Shown: positions 1 to 9,052 of the stretch, piece after piece
Position numbering within the stretch: position 1 is the first letter of the stretch
Layout of the letters: every line of letters begins with the position of its first letter
NCBI RefSeq assembly: GCF_028822885.1
Contig: NZ_JAPKCP010000001.1
Length of the DNA stretch: 36,622 bases
Direction: 5' to 3' (one strand)
Source: Yoonia sp.
Lineage (GTDB): Bacteria; Pseudomonadota; Alphaproteobacteria; Rhodobacterales; Rhodobacteraceae
The notes under the pieces: model-generated
What the model was told of the DNA's origin: nothing
Seen by the model: only the letters and a program-made list of their open reading frames with translations
The model's database searches: none
Made by a program: the position numbers and the translations under genes

Positions 1-335
1 GCGAGTGTGCCCGTGCGTTTCGCCATATTTTTCGCATAATCACCGATACGCTCAAGCGATGCAGTGATGCGCAAGACTGTAAGAATGGCGCGTAAGTCTT
101 TGGAAACTGGTGCTCTTAAGGCAATCGTGCGCGCTGCTTCGTCGTTGATTTGCATTTCCAACGCATCGATTATTTTGTCGTCGGCCCGCACCTTTTCGGC
201 GAGTTCCAGATCACGATTTGCCAATGCTTCGGCAGCTGAAAGGATCGCGTCTTCGACAAGGCCACCCATGCGGATTACAAGCGCTTGGATGGCTTCAAGA
301 TCGCGGTCGTAGGCGGATGAAATGTGTAAGCTCAT
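1..335 (-). CDS. phoU: Phosphate signaling complex protein PhoU (5' part; gene runs off the left edge)
   Basis: Not in the ORF track. Manual translation from ATG at 335 gives MSLHISSAYDRDLEAIQALVIRMGGLVEDAI..., a typical PhoU N-terminus. RBS TAAGGAG overlaps the pstB stop; directly downstream of pstB. Confidence 0.93.
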   Translation of the reverse strand, partial: MSLHISSAYDRDLEAIQALVIRMGGLVEDAILSAAEALANRDLELAEKVRADDKIIDALEMQINDEAARTIALRAPVSKDLRAILTVLRITASLERIGDYAKNMAKRTGTL

Positions 336-347
336 TGTCCCTGCTCC

Positions 348-1148
348 TTACCCGATCCGGCCTGAGATGTAGCTCTCAGTCCGTGGGTCTTTGGGATTGG
401 TGAAAATTTGATCAGTATCATCGTATTCTACAAGACTACCAAGGTGGAAGAACGCAGTTTTTTGGGACACCCGTGCAGCCTGCTGCATAGAGTGTGTGAC
501 GATGACAACGGCGTAGTTTTGGCGCAATTCGTCAATCAACTCTTCGACTTGTGCAGTGGCGATCGGGTCAAGTGCTGAGCATGGTTCGTCCATCAGCAAG
601 ACTTCTGGCTCTGTAGCGATTGCCCGCGCAATGCACAGACGTTGTTGTTGTCCACCTGACAGGCCGGTTCCAGGTGCGTTCAAGCGGTCCTTAACTTCGT
701 CCCAGATGGCCCCACGCCGCAGCGCACGTTCCACGATCTCGTCAAGATCAGCCTTGGAATTGGCCAATCCGTGGATTTTGGGACCATAGGCAACATTGTC
801 ATAAATCGACTTTGGGAATGGGTTTGGCTTTTGGAATACCATACCGACTTTCGCCCGCAATTGTACTGGATCAACTTTTGGATCGTAGATGTCTTCACCG
901 TCAATCAAGATGTCACCCGTCACCCGGCAAATATCAATTGTGTCGTTCATCCTGTTGATACAACGCAGGAAAGTTGATTTCCCACAACCCGACGGACCAA
1001 TAAATGCGGTGACGGTTTTGTCCCCAATTTCAACGTTCACGTCTTTGATCGCATGCGTATCTTCATAGTGAACCTGCACGTTCTTTGCGCTGATTTTGAT
1101 GTTTTCTGTCGTGCTCATGGCCCGGTCCGTTCTGTAAATGTCTTGCAT
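348..1148 (-). CDS. pstB: Phosphate ABC transporter ATP-binding protein PstB
   Basis: Walker [31 protein letters not shown], signature [26 protein letters not shown]. Alternative start ATG at 1118. Confidence 0.96.
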   Translation of the reverse strand: MQDIYRTDRAMSTTENIKISAKNVQVHYEDTHAIKDVNVEIGDKTVTAFIGPSGCGKSTFLRCINRMNDTIDICRVTGDILIDGEDIYDPKVDPVQLRAKVGMVFQKPNPFPKSIYDNVAYGPKIHGLANSKADLDEIVERALRRGAIWDEVKDRLNAPGTGLSGGQQQRLCIARAIATEPEVLLMDEPCSALDPIATAQVEELIDELRQNYAVVIVTHSMQQAARVSQKTAFFHLGSLVEYDDTDQIFTNPKDPRTESYISGRIG

Positions 1149-1154
1149 GTCATT

Positions 1155-2486
1155 CTACCAGCGCCGCTCAAATCTGCGCCGAAGGATGATGGCGATGGTG
1201 TTCATGATCAACAGGAACACCAGAAGCGTGATGATGGCTCCCGACGCCCGTTCCACAAAACCGGGATCGGCGCGTTGTGTCCAGTTGAAGACCTGAACAG
1301 GAAGGGCAGTTGATGCTTCCCCAAATAGCCCTGCATCAGCTGTATAGGCGGCTGGATATTCGCGCACAAAGGCGACCATCCCGATAAGCAATAGCGGTGC
1401 GGTTTCACCCAAGGCCTGTGCAAGTCCGATGATCGTACCCGTCAAGATACCCGGTGCTGCGAGCGGTAGAACATGATGAAACACTGTCTGCATTTTCGAT
1501 GCCCCGACCCCAAGTGCCGCATCGCGGATGCTAGGCGGTACAGATTTCAATGAGGCCCGTGTTGAGATGATAATCGTTGGCAACGTCATCAAGGTCAGGA
1601 CAAGGCCGCCAACAAGCGGCGACGATTGATTAAACTGGGCAAAGTTGATGAAAATCGCAAGCCCAAGGATGCCGTAAACGATAGACGGAACAGCGGCGAG
1701 GTTTGAGATGTTCACCTCAATCACATCGGTCCAGCGGTTCTTTGGTGCAAATTCTTCAAGGTAGATAGACGATGCAACACCGATGGGAAGTGCCAGACAA
1801 AGCACCACCAGCATCATGTAAAGCGAGCCAAGGATAGCGACGCCAAGCCCCGCAGCCTCTGGTCGTTGATCGGATGCGTCAGGGGCTGTCAGGAACTTCC
1901 AGTTGAACTTGGTGTCCATGACGCCTACGTCGGCCAATGCTTGCGCTAAAATCAATGCCTCAGGCGACGTGTTGTTGTCTAAGGCAGCGGATTCCATTGT
2001 CACGCGGCCTTTAAAGAACCCGTCGATCCGTCCTTCTGCAAGGACTCTTTGGGTGATGGTTGTCCCAATCAAGTCAGGGTTGTCGAGCACCCGAAACCGC
2101 ACGGTTGCAGCGGCTTCTTTTGAGATCATCGCGCCGATGTCCTTGTCGGACATGCCTGTCTCAATGCCAAGGGCTGCGATTTGTGCTACGAAACCATCCC
2201 GTAAAATCCTAGCGTAGCCAATGGTTGTGACCTTCGCCATGACCGCAGGATCACGAACGCCAGATTTGTCGAGCTTGTCTTCCGGCAACGCCATTTCTAG
2301 CGTTATGTGGGTCTGTTGAAACGCACTTAGCCCAGATGACAGCACAGACGTCAACAAGATGACCAAGGCTACGACTGCAACCGCAATGGCGCTAAACCCA
2401 TAAGCCCGAAAGCGTCGTTCTTGTGCGTTGCGTTGTTTGGTCCGTGCGTCGATTTCGAGCAGAGATTTTCTTTTAACGGCAGTCAT
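1155..2486 (-). CDS. pstA: Phosphate ABC transporter permease PstA
   Basis: YLEEFAP, NLAAVPSIVYGILG, EAA-like loop RDAALGVGASKMQT, ALGETAPLL; position in the pst operon. Confidence 0.95.
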   Translation of the reverse strand: MTAVKRKSLLEIDARTKQRNAQERRFRAYGFSAIAVAVVALVILLTSVLSSGLSAFQQTHITLEMALPEDKLDKSGVRDPAVMAKVTTIGYARILRDGFVAQIAALGIETGMSDKDIGAMISKEAAATVRFRVLDNPDLIGTTITQRVLAEGRIDGFFKGRVTMESAALDNNTSPEALILAQALADVGVMDTKFNWKFLTAPDASDQRPEAAGLGVAILGSLYMMLVVLCLALPIGVASSIYLEEFAPKNRWTDVIEVNISNLAAVPSIVYGILGLAIFINFAQFNQSSPLVGGLVLTLMTLPTIIISTRASLKSVPPSIRDAALGVGASKMQTVFHHVLPLAAPGILTGTIIGLAQALGETAPLLLIGMVAFVREYPAAYTADAGLFGEASTALPVQVFNWTQRADPGFVERASGAIITLLVFLLIMNTIAIILRRRFERRW

Positions 2487-3688
2487 TCGTACTGCTCCCG
2501 ATATTTACGGACGATCATGAGAGCCACTACATTTAGACCCAATGTGATGACAAACAAGGTTAGGCCAAGGGCAAACGCGACCAGTGTTTCAGGTGCTGCG
2601 AAATCCGTGTCACCCGTCAGTTGGCTGACAATTTTGACGGTCACGGTAGTCATTGCTTCGAACGGATTAAGCGACAATCTTGCCGCTGCCCCTGCCCCAA
2701 GGACCACGATCATCGTTTCACCGATGGCCCGTGACGCGGCTAAAAGAATCGCACCAACGATGCCCGGTAATGCCGCTGGGATCACGACTTGGCGGATCGT
2801 TTCAGACTTTGTGGCTCCAAGGCCGTATGACCCGTCACGCATCGCTTGAGGCACAGCGTTTATGATGTCGTCTGATAGCGAGGACACAAAGGGGATCAAC
2901 ATGACGCCCATGACAAGGCCCGCAGTCATAACAGTCGAGGCACTTTGGCCGAAGCCCATAGGCTCTGCGAAATAGTCCCGCAGGAACGGGCCGACTGTCA
3001 CAAGTGCGAACAAGCCATAGACGATTGTAGGGATACCAGCAAGAATCTCAATCACAGGCTTGGCGACAGAGCGCATCCGTGGCGTTGCGTATTCACTCAG
3101 GTAGATTGCTGCGAACAAGCCGACGGGAACCGCCAAGGTCAGCGCGATAAAACTGATGTAAAGTGTCCCCCAAAGCAGAGGTAGGATGCCTAACGCAGAA
3201 TTTCCGCGGAAATTAGGCGACCATTCTGTTGAAAAGAAAAAATCCGTCCAAGCGTATTGTGAGAAGAAGTTTAGCGATTCAAACAACATCGAAAAGACGA
3301 TACCGATTGTGGTCATGATCGCGATGGATGAGGCAAAAATCAATAACCCCATGATCCACCGCTCTGCAGCAGATCGTGCGCGGAAGGTTTCGGAAATCTT
3401 CAAAAGCGATGACACAAAGCCTGCAATGGTCAGACCAAAAGCCACAACAACAAAGACCGTAGGGTTCAGTGAAAATACACCAATCCGTGTCAACAACGCC
3501 ATAACCGCGACAAATGAGAGTGCAGGCAGCAGCGTCGAAAGGGCGGTGTTTAGCGCGTGCTGTTTTGGCAGTGATGTCAATTTTTTGATGTCACCTGAAA
3601 CGACGCTCCGTGCGCGCGCAAGGCCAGCAAAATAGCCAACAACCGAGAGGCTAATCGCAAAAAGAAGGGGATACGTTAAGGGAAGCAC
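2483..3688 (-). CDS. pstC: Phosphate ABC transporter permease PstC
   Basis: AAIYLSEYA, LAGIPTIVYG, SRAIGETMIV motifs. ORF is open to 3751, but the likely start is GTG at 3688 (CAGGA upstream, after the pstS hairpin). ATGA overlap with pstA. Confidence 0.93.
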   Translation of the reverse strand: MLPLTYPLLFAISLSVVGYFAGLARARSVVSGDIKKLTSLPKQHALNTALSTLLPALSFVAVMALLTRIGVFSLNPTVFVVVAFGLTIAGFVSSLLKISETFRARSAAERWIMGLLIFASSIAIMTTIGIVFSMLFESLNFFSQYAWTDFFFSTEWSPNFRGNSALGILPLLWGTLYISFIALTLAVPVGLFAAIYLSEYATPRMRSVAKPVIEILAGIPTIVYGLFALVTVGPFLRDYFAEPMGFGQSASTVMTAGLVMGVMLIPFVSSLSDDIINAVPQAMRDGSYGLGATKSETIRQVVIPAALPGIVGAILLAASRAIGETMIVVLGAGAAARLSLNPFEAMTTVTVKIVSQLTGDTDFAAPETLVAFALGLTLFVITLGLNVVALMIVRKYREQYE

Positions 3689-3726
3689 TGTGTCGGTATC
3701 CTGTCGAAATATATAATGTTTGCGCA

Positions 3727-3748
3727 AGGCCCGACAGCTGCCGGGCCT
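3727..3748 (-). terminator. Stem-loop between pstS and pstC (mRNA-stabilising or partial-termination hairpin)
   Basis: AGGCCCG-N8-CGGGCCT inverted repeat just downstream of the pstS stop; no U-tract. Confidence 0.6.
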
Positions 3749-3768
3749 CACAATTGTGAAATGCTAGA

Positions 3769-4800
3769 TTAATCCGCCAGCAACACTTCGTCAGCGACAG
3801 TCGCTTGCACCGCTGCCAGTTCTGGATCAGAGACCAAACCATATTCAGCCATTGGACCGTCTGGGCCAGCCATGTCATCTGATACGAAGAATTCTGCGAA
3901 GTCTTTCAGACCCGGGATGACATCGATGTGCGCTGCTTTGATGTAGAAATACAGCGGACGTGACACGGGGTAGTCGCCAGCCGCAATAGCTTCGGTTGTT
4001 GGGACAATGCCCGACATCGTAGCGACCTGAAGCTTGTCAGTGTTATTCTCGTAGAAGGCCAAACCAAACACACCAATGCCGTTGTCGTCCGCTTCGATCC
4101 GCGCGAGCGTTTCAGTGTAGTCACCATCAATATCAACGGACAGACCATCTGTGCGCACGGCCATACACGTTCTTTCAGCGGTGTCTTCATCTACGCCTGC
4201 AGCGAGCATGCCTTCAAAAAAACCGCCGTCTTCGCAGCCAGCCAACAGAACTTTTTCTTCGAAGACTTCACGTGTGCCGTGCTTTGTACCCGGGATAAAT
4301 GCTTGGATTGGTTGATCTGGGAAGTCTGCGTTAACTTCGTTCCAGTTGGCGAATGTGTTTGTCACCAGCGCACCATCGATAAAGTGCTCTTTTGCCAAGG
4401 CCTTGTACCAGTCTTCTGGCGTGAACGCGAAACTGTTGCCAGCGATATCAGACGCGAAAACGATACCATCATAGCCGATCCGAACTTCGATGATGTCGGT
4501 GACACCAGCGGCAGCACAAATTTCACGCTCTGATGACTTAATCTGGCGGGATGCGTTTGCGATGTCGATTGTATTTGCGCCAACACCTTCACAGAACCGC
4601 TTCAAACCAGCGGATGATCCACCAGATTCAACAACAGGTGTTGGATAGTCAAAATTCTCACCAAAAGCTTCGGCAACGATAGCCGCGTATGGCAGCACAG
4701 TGGATGAGCCAGCAACTTGGACGTTGTCACGTGCAACAGCGGATGTGGCAGACATGGCAGTCAGTGCCAGGACGCAAGTCGATAATTTCAAAGACGACAT
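3769..4800 (-). CDS. pstS: Phosphate ABC transporter substrate-binding protein PstS
   Basis: Signal peptide (MSSLKLSTCVLALTAMSATSAVA), AGSSTVLP, ESGGSSAG, IDIANASR, YPVSRPLYFY. ATG at 4800 has a GGAG RBS. Confidence 0.93.
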   Translation of the reverse strand: MSSLKLSTCVLALTAMSATSAVARDNVQVAGSSTVLPYAAIVAEAFGENFDYPTPVVESGGSSAGLKRFCEGVGANTIDIANASRQIKSSEREICAAAGVTDIIEVRIGYDGIVFASDIAGNSFAFTPEDWYKALAKEHFIDGALVTNTFANWNEVNADFPDQPIQAFIPGTKHGTREVFEEKVLLAGCEDGGFFEGMLAAGVDEDTAERTCMAVRTDGLSVDIDGDYTETLARIEADDNGIGVFGLAFYENNTDKLQVATMSGIVPTTEAIAAGDYPVSRPLYFYIKAAHIDVIPGLKDFAEFFVSDDMAGPDGPMAEYGLVSDPELAAVQATVADEVLLAD

Positions 4801-4858
4801 TTGTATCTCCAAGTTAGTCATTCGTAGGCCAGCGCAGATCGCCCAACCCCTATGCCAT

Positions 4859-4914
4859 CAGTTAGGCGCCTTTTGGCAACCTTTTGTGACAGTTGTGTAA
4901 AGGTTTTATGACAG
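4859..4914 (-). promoter_or_regulatory. Pho boxes (PhoB sites) and putative -10 of the pstS promoter
   Basis: Minus strand reads CTGTCAT-AAAA-CCTTTAC-ACAA-CTGTCAC-AAAA-GGTTGCC-N10-TAACTG: four half-sites at 11-bp periodicity, two matching CTGTCAT/C. Confidence 0.85.
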
Positions 4915-4976
4915 TGGAGATCTTGTTGGGCTGGTTAACCAAATGAGCCGAGATCAGCGCGGTTTCGCCCCATAAA

Positions 4977-6011
4977 TCACAGTATCTCGCAGGGCAAAAG
5001 AATCGCTACTGACGTCCCCTGCCCGACCACGCTTTCAAAGTGCAGCCGCCCACGATGTCGGTTCGCAATATGCTTCACAATTGCCAGACCAAGGCCCGTG
5101 CCACCCATCTCGCGGTCGCGGTGCCCATCAACGCGGTAAAACCGTTCAGTCAGCCGCACAAGGTGATGCGCAGGAATGCCATCACCAAAGTCTTGCACCG
5201 TCATGCGTACGCATGTTTGTTGCAGCGTTGTCTCGTAGGCTGGTGCGCTGATTGAGACGCAGATACCTTCCGGTGTCGCCCCATATTTGATCGCATTTCC
5301 AATGAGATTGTTCAAAACCTGCTGTAGCTGCGCGTCATCACCCGGGACAAGTGGGATATCAGCGTCAATATCAATGCTCAGGTGGGTCCCCGCTGCTTCG
5401 GCAAGTGGCCCCAAGAGTTCGCAGGTTTGCTGCGCAATATTACCAAGATCAACAATGAGCGTTGGGCGACGACGTTCAATGTCTTCGACCCTGCTCAATG
5501 AAAGCAAATCATCGACTAGGCGTCGCAGCCGGTCTGCCTCCGTCGCCATAATTCCAAGGAAACGCTGTTGCGCAGGCGGATCATTTTTTGCAGGGCCTTG
5601 TAGCGTTTCGATAAAGCCAAGCAACGCCGTCAGCGGCGTGCGCAATTCATGACTGACGTTCGCCACAAAGTCGCGCCTAAGCGTATGCGTGGCCTGTTCT
5701 GCCGACTGATCCTCAAACATAACCAACAAGTGGTCGCTTTCGGGAATGATGGACACTTCATACACTTGGTCAGTCTGCCCTGACCGTGTGACATATCGTG
5801 CGATTGTTTGGGACATTTCGTCTCTCGCACGATCAATGGCATCAAGCACCGCAGGTTGTCGCAATGCAGTCACATAATTGCGCCCAGTGAAATCAAACGT
5901 TAGCAATTCAGTCATGGCAGCATTCTGGATGCTAACACGTTGATCCGGATCAATAAGTAGCATTGGCGCTTTGATTGATTGTATCACAAGTCGTGCAGGA
6001 AACTGTGTCAT
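4977..6011 (-). CDS. phoR: Phosphate regulon sensor histidine kinase PhoR
   Basis: H-box RRDFVANVSHELRTPLT, N-box NLIGNAIKY, G1 DFGDGI, RLTERFYRVD, G2 GGTGLGLAIVKH; adjacent to the pst operon. Confidence 0.9.
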   Translation of the reverse strand: MTQFPARLVIQSIKAPMLLIDPDQRVSIQNAAMTELLTFDFTGRNYVTALRQPAVLDAIDRARDEMSQTIARYVTRSGQTDQVYEVSIIPESDHLLVMFEDQSAEQATHTLRRDFVANVSHELRTPLTALLGFIETLQGPAKNDPPAQQRFLGIMATEADRLRRLVDDLLSLSRVEDIERRRPTLIVDLGNIAQQTCELLGPLAEAAGTHLSIDIDADIPLVPGDDAQLQQVLNNLIGNAIKYGATPEGICVSISAPAYETTLQQTCVRMTVQDFGDGIPAHHLVRLTERFYRVDGHRDREMGGTGLGLAIVKHIANRHRGRLHFESVVGQGTSVAILLPCEIL

Positions 6012-6108
6012 CTCGTCCCCGAGTTAGATCTGCTGCGAATTTACCGGAGTTGAGCCAAACAGCAATGCAACAAAAATTGATCATGCCGTCAAAGTAGGCG
6101 CTCTTGGG

Positions 6109-6633
6109 TCAGTCCGCCAATCGAACAAGCCCATCACGAAAGCGCTTTGCATTTTGCTGATAGTGCAAAGCAGATTGCGTCAGGCTTAGTATGGCGGCAG
6201 CGTCCAGTTCCCTGACGACCTTGCCCGGTGCACCCATCACAAGTGACCCGTCGGGGATAACCTTGCCTTCTGTGATTAATGCGCCTGCCCCAATGAGACA
6301 GTTTTTGCCGATAACAGCCCCATTTAGAACAGTCGCGCCCATCCCAATCAGGCTGTTGTCCCCGATGGTACAGCCATGAAGCATTGCTTTGTGACCAATG
6401 GTGCAGTTCATCCCAATCGTCAGCGGATACCCTGTGTCAGTATGTAGGACGCAGTTTTCCTGAATATTACTGCCTTGCCCGACCATAATTGGGTCATTGT
6501 CGCCCCGGATCGTTGTGCCAAACCAGACAGATGCGTCACCAGAAAGGGTTACATTTCCAATCACATGCGTGCCCGGCGCAACCCAAGCTGTTGGGTTAAT
6601 CTGCGGGCGTTTTCCGTCTAGTTCATATATCAT
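6109..6633 (-). CDS. Gamma carbonic anhydrase family protein (YrdA/PaaY-like hexapeptide repeat)
   Basis: Hexapeptide repeats, IRGD, NIQE and three His ligands (CVLH, TIGH, MLHG); ATGA overlap with gmk. Confidence 0.9.
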   Translation of the reverse strand: MIYELDGKRPQINPTAWVAPGTHVIGNVTLSGDASVWFGTTIRGDNDPIMVGQGSNIQENCVLHTDTGYPLTIGMNCTIGHKAMLHGCTIGDNSLIGMGATVLNGAVIGKNCLIGAGALITEGKVIPDGSLVMGAPGKVVRELDAAAILSLTQSALHYQQNAKRFRDGLVRLAD

Positions 6634-7268
6634 TCGCGATCCTCAAACTGATCTTGCAGCGTGCGTACATGATCCATGAGATCAGGTTGTTGGCTCGCGC
6701 GGAGCCGCTCTGCTGAGATGATCGTTTTCAACCGTTCTTCGGTTTTCGCCAAATCATCGTTGACCAGCACATAGTCATACCCATCCCAGTGGCTAATCTC
6801 GTCCCAGCTTTTTTGCATTCGCTGTTCGATGATGTCAGCTTCGTCTTGCCCACGCGAAATCAGGCGGCGATGAAGCTCTGTGATCGAAGGCGGTAAGATG
6901 AAAATGGATAACACATGGTCCTTGAGCGATGATGTCGAAATCTGCTGCGCGCCTTGCCAATCGATGTCAAACAACACATCCCGCCCGGCGTCGATGGCTT
7001 TAGCGACTGGGCCTTGCGGTGATCCGTAATAGTTTCCAAACACCCGCGCATGTTCCAGCATATCCTTGTCAGACACCTGCCGTTTAAAGGATTCTTCAGT
7101 GACAAAGTAATAATCTTGACCGTCGACCTCGCCCTTTCGCGGGGCGCGCGTGGTTGCCGAAACCGAAAACCGCAACGTGTCGTCCCATTTCCGCAAGGCC
7201 CGCGCGAGTGTCGATTTGCCCGCACCAGAGGGTGACGATAAAATGATAAGAAGACCACGGCGCGCCAT
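6630..7268 (-). CDS. gmk: Guanylate kinase
   Basis: P-loop [43 protein letters not shown]. Confidence 0.97.
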   Translation of the reverse strand: MARRGLLIILSSPSGAGKSTLARALRKWDDTLRFSVSATTRAPRKGEVDGQDYYFVTEESFKRQVSDKDMLEHARVFGNYYGSPQGPVAKAIDAGRDVLFDIDWQGAQQISTSSLKDHVLSIFILPPSITELHRRLISRGQDEADIIEQRMQKSWDEISHWDGYDYVLVNDDLAKTEERLKTIISAERLRASQQPDLMDHVRTLQDQFEDRE

Positions 7269-7274
7269 CAGGTA

Positions 7275-8174
7275 TTACTCCACATTCTGGATTTGTTCGC
7301 GCATCTGATCGATCAAAGTCTTGAGATCAAGACCGACCGAGGTCAGTTTTGTGTGCTGCGCTTTGGAACACAGTGTATTCGCTTCGCGGTTGAATTCCTG
7401 TGACAAGAAATCAAGCTTCCGACCAACAGGTTGATGTTCCTTTTGCGCAGCTTCAAGCAGTTCAGAGGCGGCAGAGACATGCGCCTTCAGCCGATCAATT
7501 TCTTCGGTGACGTCTGTTTTGACAGCCAGAACAGCAATTTCTTGCGCTAAACGATCTGGATCGAGATCAGTGCTCTCAAGCACTCGATTTAGCGCTGTTT
7601 CAAGCGCCTTAGCCGCATCTGTGCGGCGTGCAGCCACTGCTACTTCTGCGTTTGCAATATGACCTGCTATTTCAGACAGTTGCGTTGCGATGATTGCGTT
7701 CAAGCTTTGCCCTTCGCGTTCGCGCATTTGGATAAGATCATGCAAAAGCGGTGCGATATCGGCCTTGATAGCCGCTACAATAGCGGAACTTAGACCATCG
7801 TTCGGACCATGCCGCACGACACCGCGCTGGTTTAAGACGTCTGCAGTGGTAGGCTGAGACAGCGTCACACCCATCGTGAATGCGCGTTCTTGAATCTGAT
7901 CCAACGCAGACAAAACACGGCTAAGCTGTGCATCATCAAGTGCCAAGTCCGGCACATCATCGTTGAGCGTGAGGCGCAAAGAGAGGCTGATATTTCCCCG
8001 TTTGATTACTTTCGTAAAAGCAGCCCGGACATCTGCTTCAAGACCCTCTATACCATCAGGCAGGCGCAAACGTAGGTCCAAACCACGTGCGTTTACACTG
8101 CGAACCTCCCAAGCCCACGTTGCTCCATTTGCACTGCCTGATCGGCTCGCAAATGCTGTCATTGATTGGATCAT
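7275..8174 (-). CDS. yicC: YicC/YloC family endoribonuclease
   Basis: N-term MIQSMTAF, EVRSVNARGLDL; C-term EEIDRLKAH, GRKLDFLSQEFNREANTLCSK, DQMREQIQNVE; conserved position before gmk. Confidence 0.93.
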   Translation of the reverse strand: MIQSMTAFASRSGSANGATWAWEVRSVNARGLDLRLRLPDGIEGLEADVRAAFTKVIKRGNISLSLRLTLNDDVPDLALDDAQLSRVLSALDQIQERAFTMGVTLSQPTTADVLNQRGVVRHGPNDGLSSAIVAAIKADIAPLLHDLIQMREREGQSLNAIIATQLSEIAGHIANAEVAVAARRTDAAKALETALNRVLESTDLDPDRLAQEIAVLAVKTDVTEEIDRLKAHVSAASELLEAAQKEHQPVGRKLDFLSQEFNREANTLCSKAQHTKLTSVGLDLKTLIDQMREQIQNVE

Positions 8175-8243
8175 CGTCGCCCACCTGCCCGCTTGTTCAA
8201 AATATCCCTACTGGCAAACACCCGCCTTGAGCAAGAGCCGCCC

Positions 8244-8293
8244 GTTAACCGCTTAATCCTTTGTTAGGTGAATTTTGGTAACTTTCTGTTAAC
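8244..8293 (+). promoter_or_regulatory. Putative CtrA binding sites upstream of the PAS-like gene
   Basis: TTAA-N7-TTAG (8253-8267), GTAA-N7-TTAAC (8278-8293) and half-site GTTAAC (8244-8249); CtrA consensus is TTAA-N7-TTAA(C). Confidence 0.6.
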
Positions 8294-8333
8294 TTGTGGG
8301 CAAATGAGGACTGACCCCAAGAAGGACTGATCA

Positions 8334-8999
8334 ATGCCAAGTGAACGCAAATCCCGCACTGTCCAACGCACTTCGTTTCATGATCCAGTTGGCGACATGA
8401 TCCTGCAATCAGTTGAGCAGCATTGGCGCTCACTGCGCAAAGGGGCTGATGTGCCGCAGCGGATTGATTTCATGCCGGGACCGATGTCAGAGTGTTTGGC
8501 GCATTGCTTTATGCTGGAACGCGTAACGCCATCGGTTGCTCGGATTCGTGTCGCGGGTCAGGCCATTCATACGCTGTTGAAGATGGACCCACGGGGCATG
8601 CCAATGAGTGTCTTGTTCACCCCCGCAGGACGCCAAATGCTTGCACCTATTGTAAGTGATGTTTGCGAAAACGCCGCAATCTTCGAAGTTCCGCTGACTG
8701 CGAACAGAGGTCTTGGGCGGTCGCCGCTCAAGGGCCGATTGCTGCTGCTGCCATTAAGACATGACGGTGATGCCATTAATCGATTGCTAGGTGCCCTCGT
8801 CGTCGATGGCCGGATTGGTCGCCGGACTTTGAGGTTCGACTTTGATCAAAATGTCGCCACACGGACGCAAACTATCCAACCTGTCATACGCACGGTGCAT
8901 GAAGTCATGAGCGAGCCAGCTGACATTGTCGTGCTGCCACCGCGAATGAAACGACAAGGACCTAGACCTGCCCTGCGCTTGGTCGTCGACAACGGTTAA
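8334..8999 (+). CDS. PAS-like domain protein (PAS_5/DUF1457-type)
   Basis: HWRSLR..VPQRIDF.P..CFMLE..ARIRVAG..GMPMSVLF..LLLPL pattern typical of Rhodobacterales PAS_5 proteins; AGGA RBS. Confidence 0.8.
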   Translation: MPSERKSRTVQRTSFHDPVGDMILQSVEQHWRSLRKGADVPQRIDFMPGPMSECLAHCFMLERVTPSVARIRVAGQAIHTLLKMDPRGMPMSVLFTPAGRQMLAPIVSDVCENAAIFEVPLTANRGLGRSPLKGRLLLLPLRHDGDAINRLLGALVVDGRIGRRTLRFDFDQNVATRTQTIQPVIRTVHEVMSEPADIVVLPPRMKRQGPRPALRLVVDNG

Positions 9000-9002
9000 A
9001 AC

Positions 9003-9038
9003 AAAAAAAGGCGGGCCATCTAGGGACCCGCCTTTCTT
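9003..9038. terminator. Bidirectional rho-independent terminator
   Basis: AAAAAAAGGCGGG...CCCGCCTTTCTT between convergent genes; A-tract on the left, T-rich tract on the right. Confidence 0.85.
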
Positions 9039-9052
9039 CAACCTGAAGGTTT

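Noticed and set aside
3689..3751. N-terminal extensions in the ORF track (pstC from 3751; also pstS 4821, livH 16076, cinA 34758, amt 35416)
   Set aside because: Downstream starts have better RBS or coupling; the extensions cross hairpins or overlap neighbouring genes.
4932..4941. Palindrome TGGTTAACCA between phoR and the Pho boxes
   Set aside because: A single short palindrome or CtrA half-site with no partner; chance is sufficient.
6077..6092. TTGAT-N6-GTCAA upstream of phoR as an FNR box
   Set aside because: Spacer is 2 bp too long for FNR-family binding.
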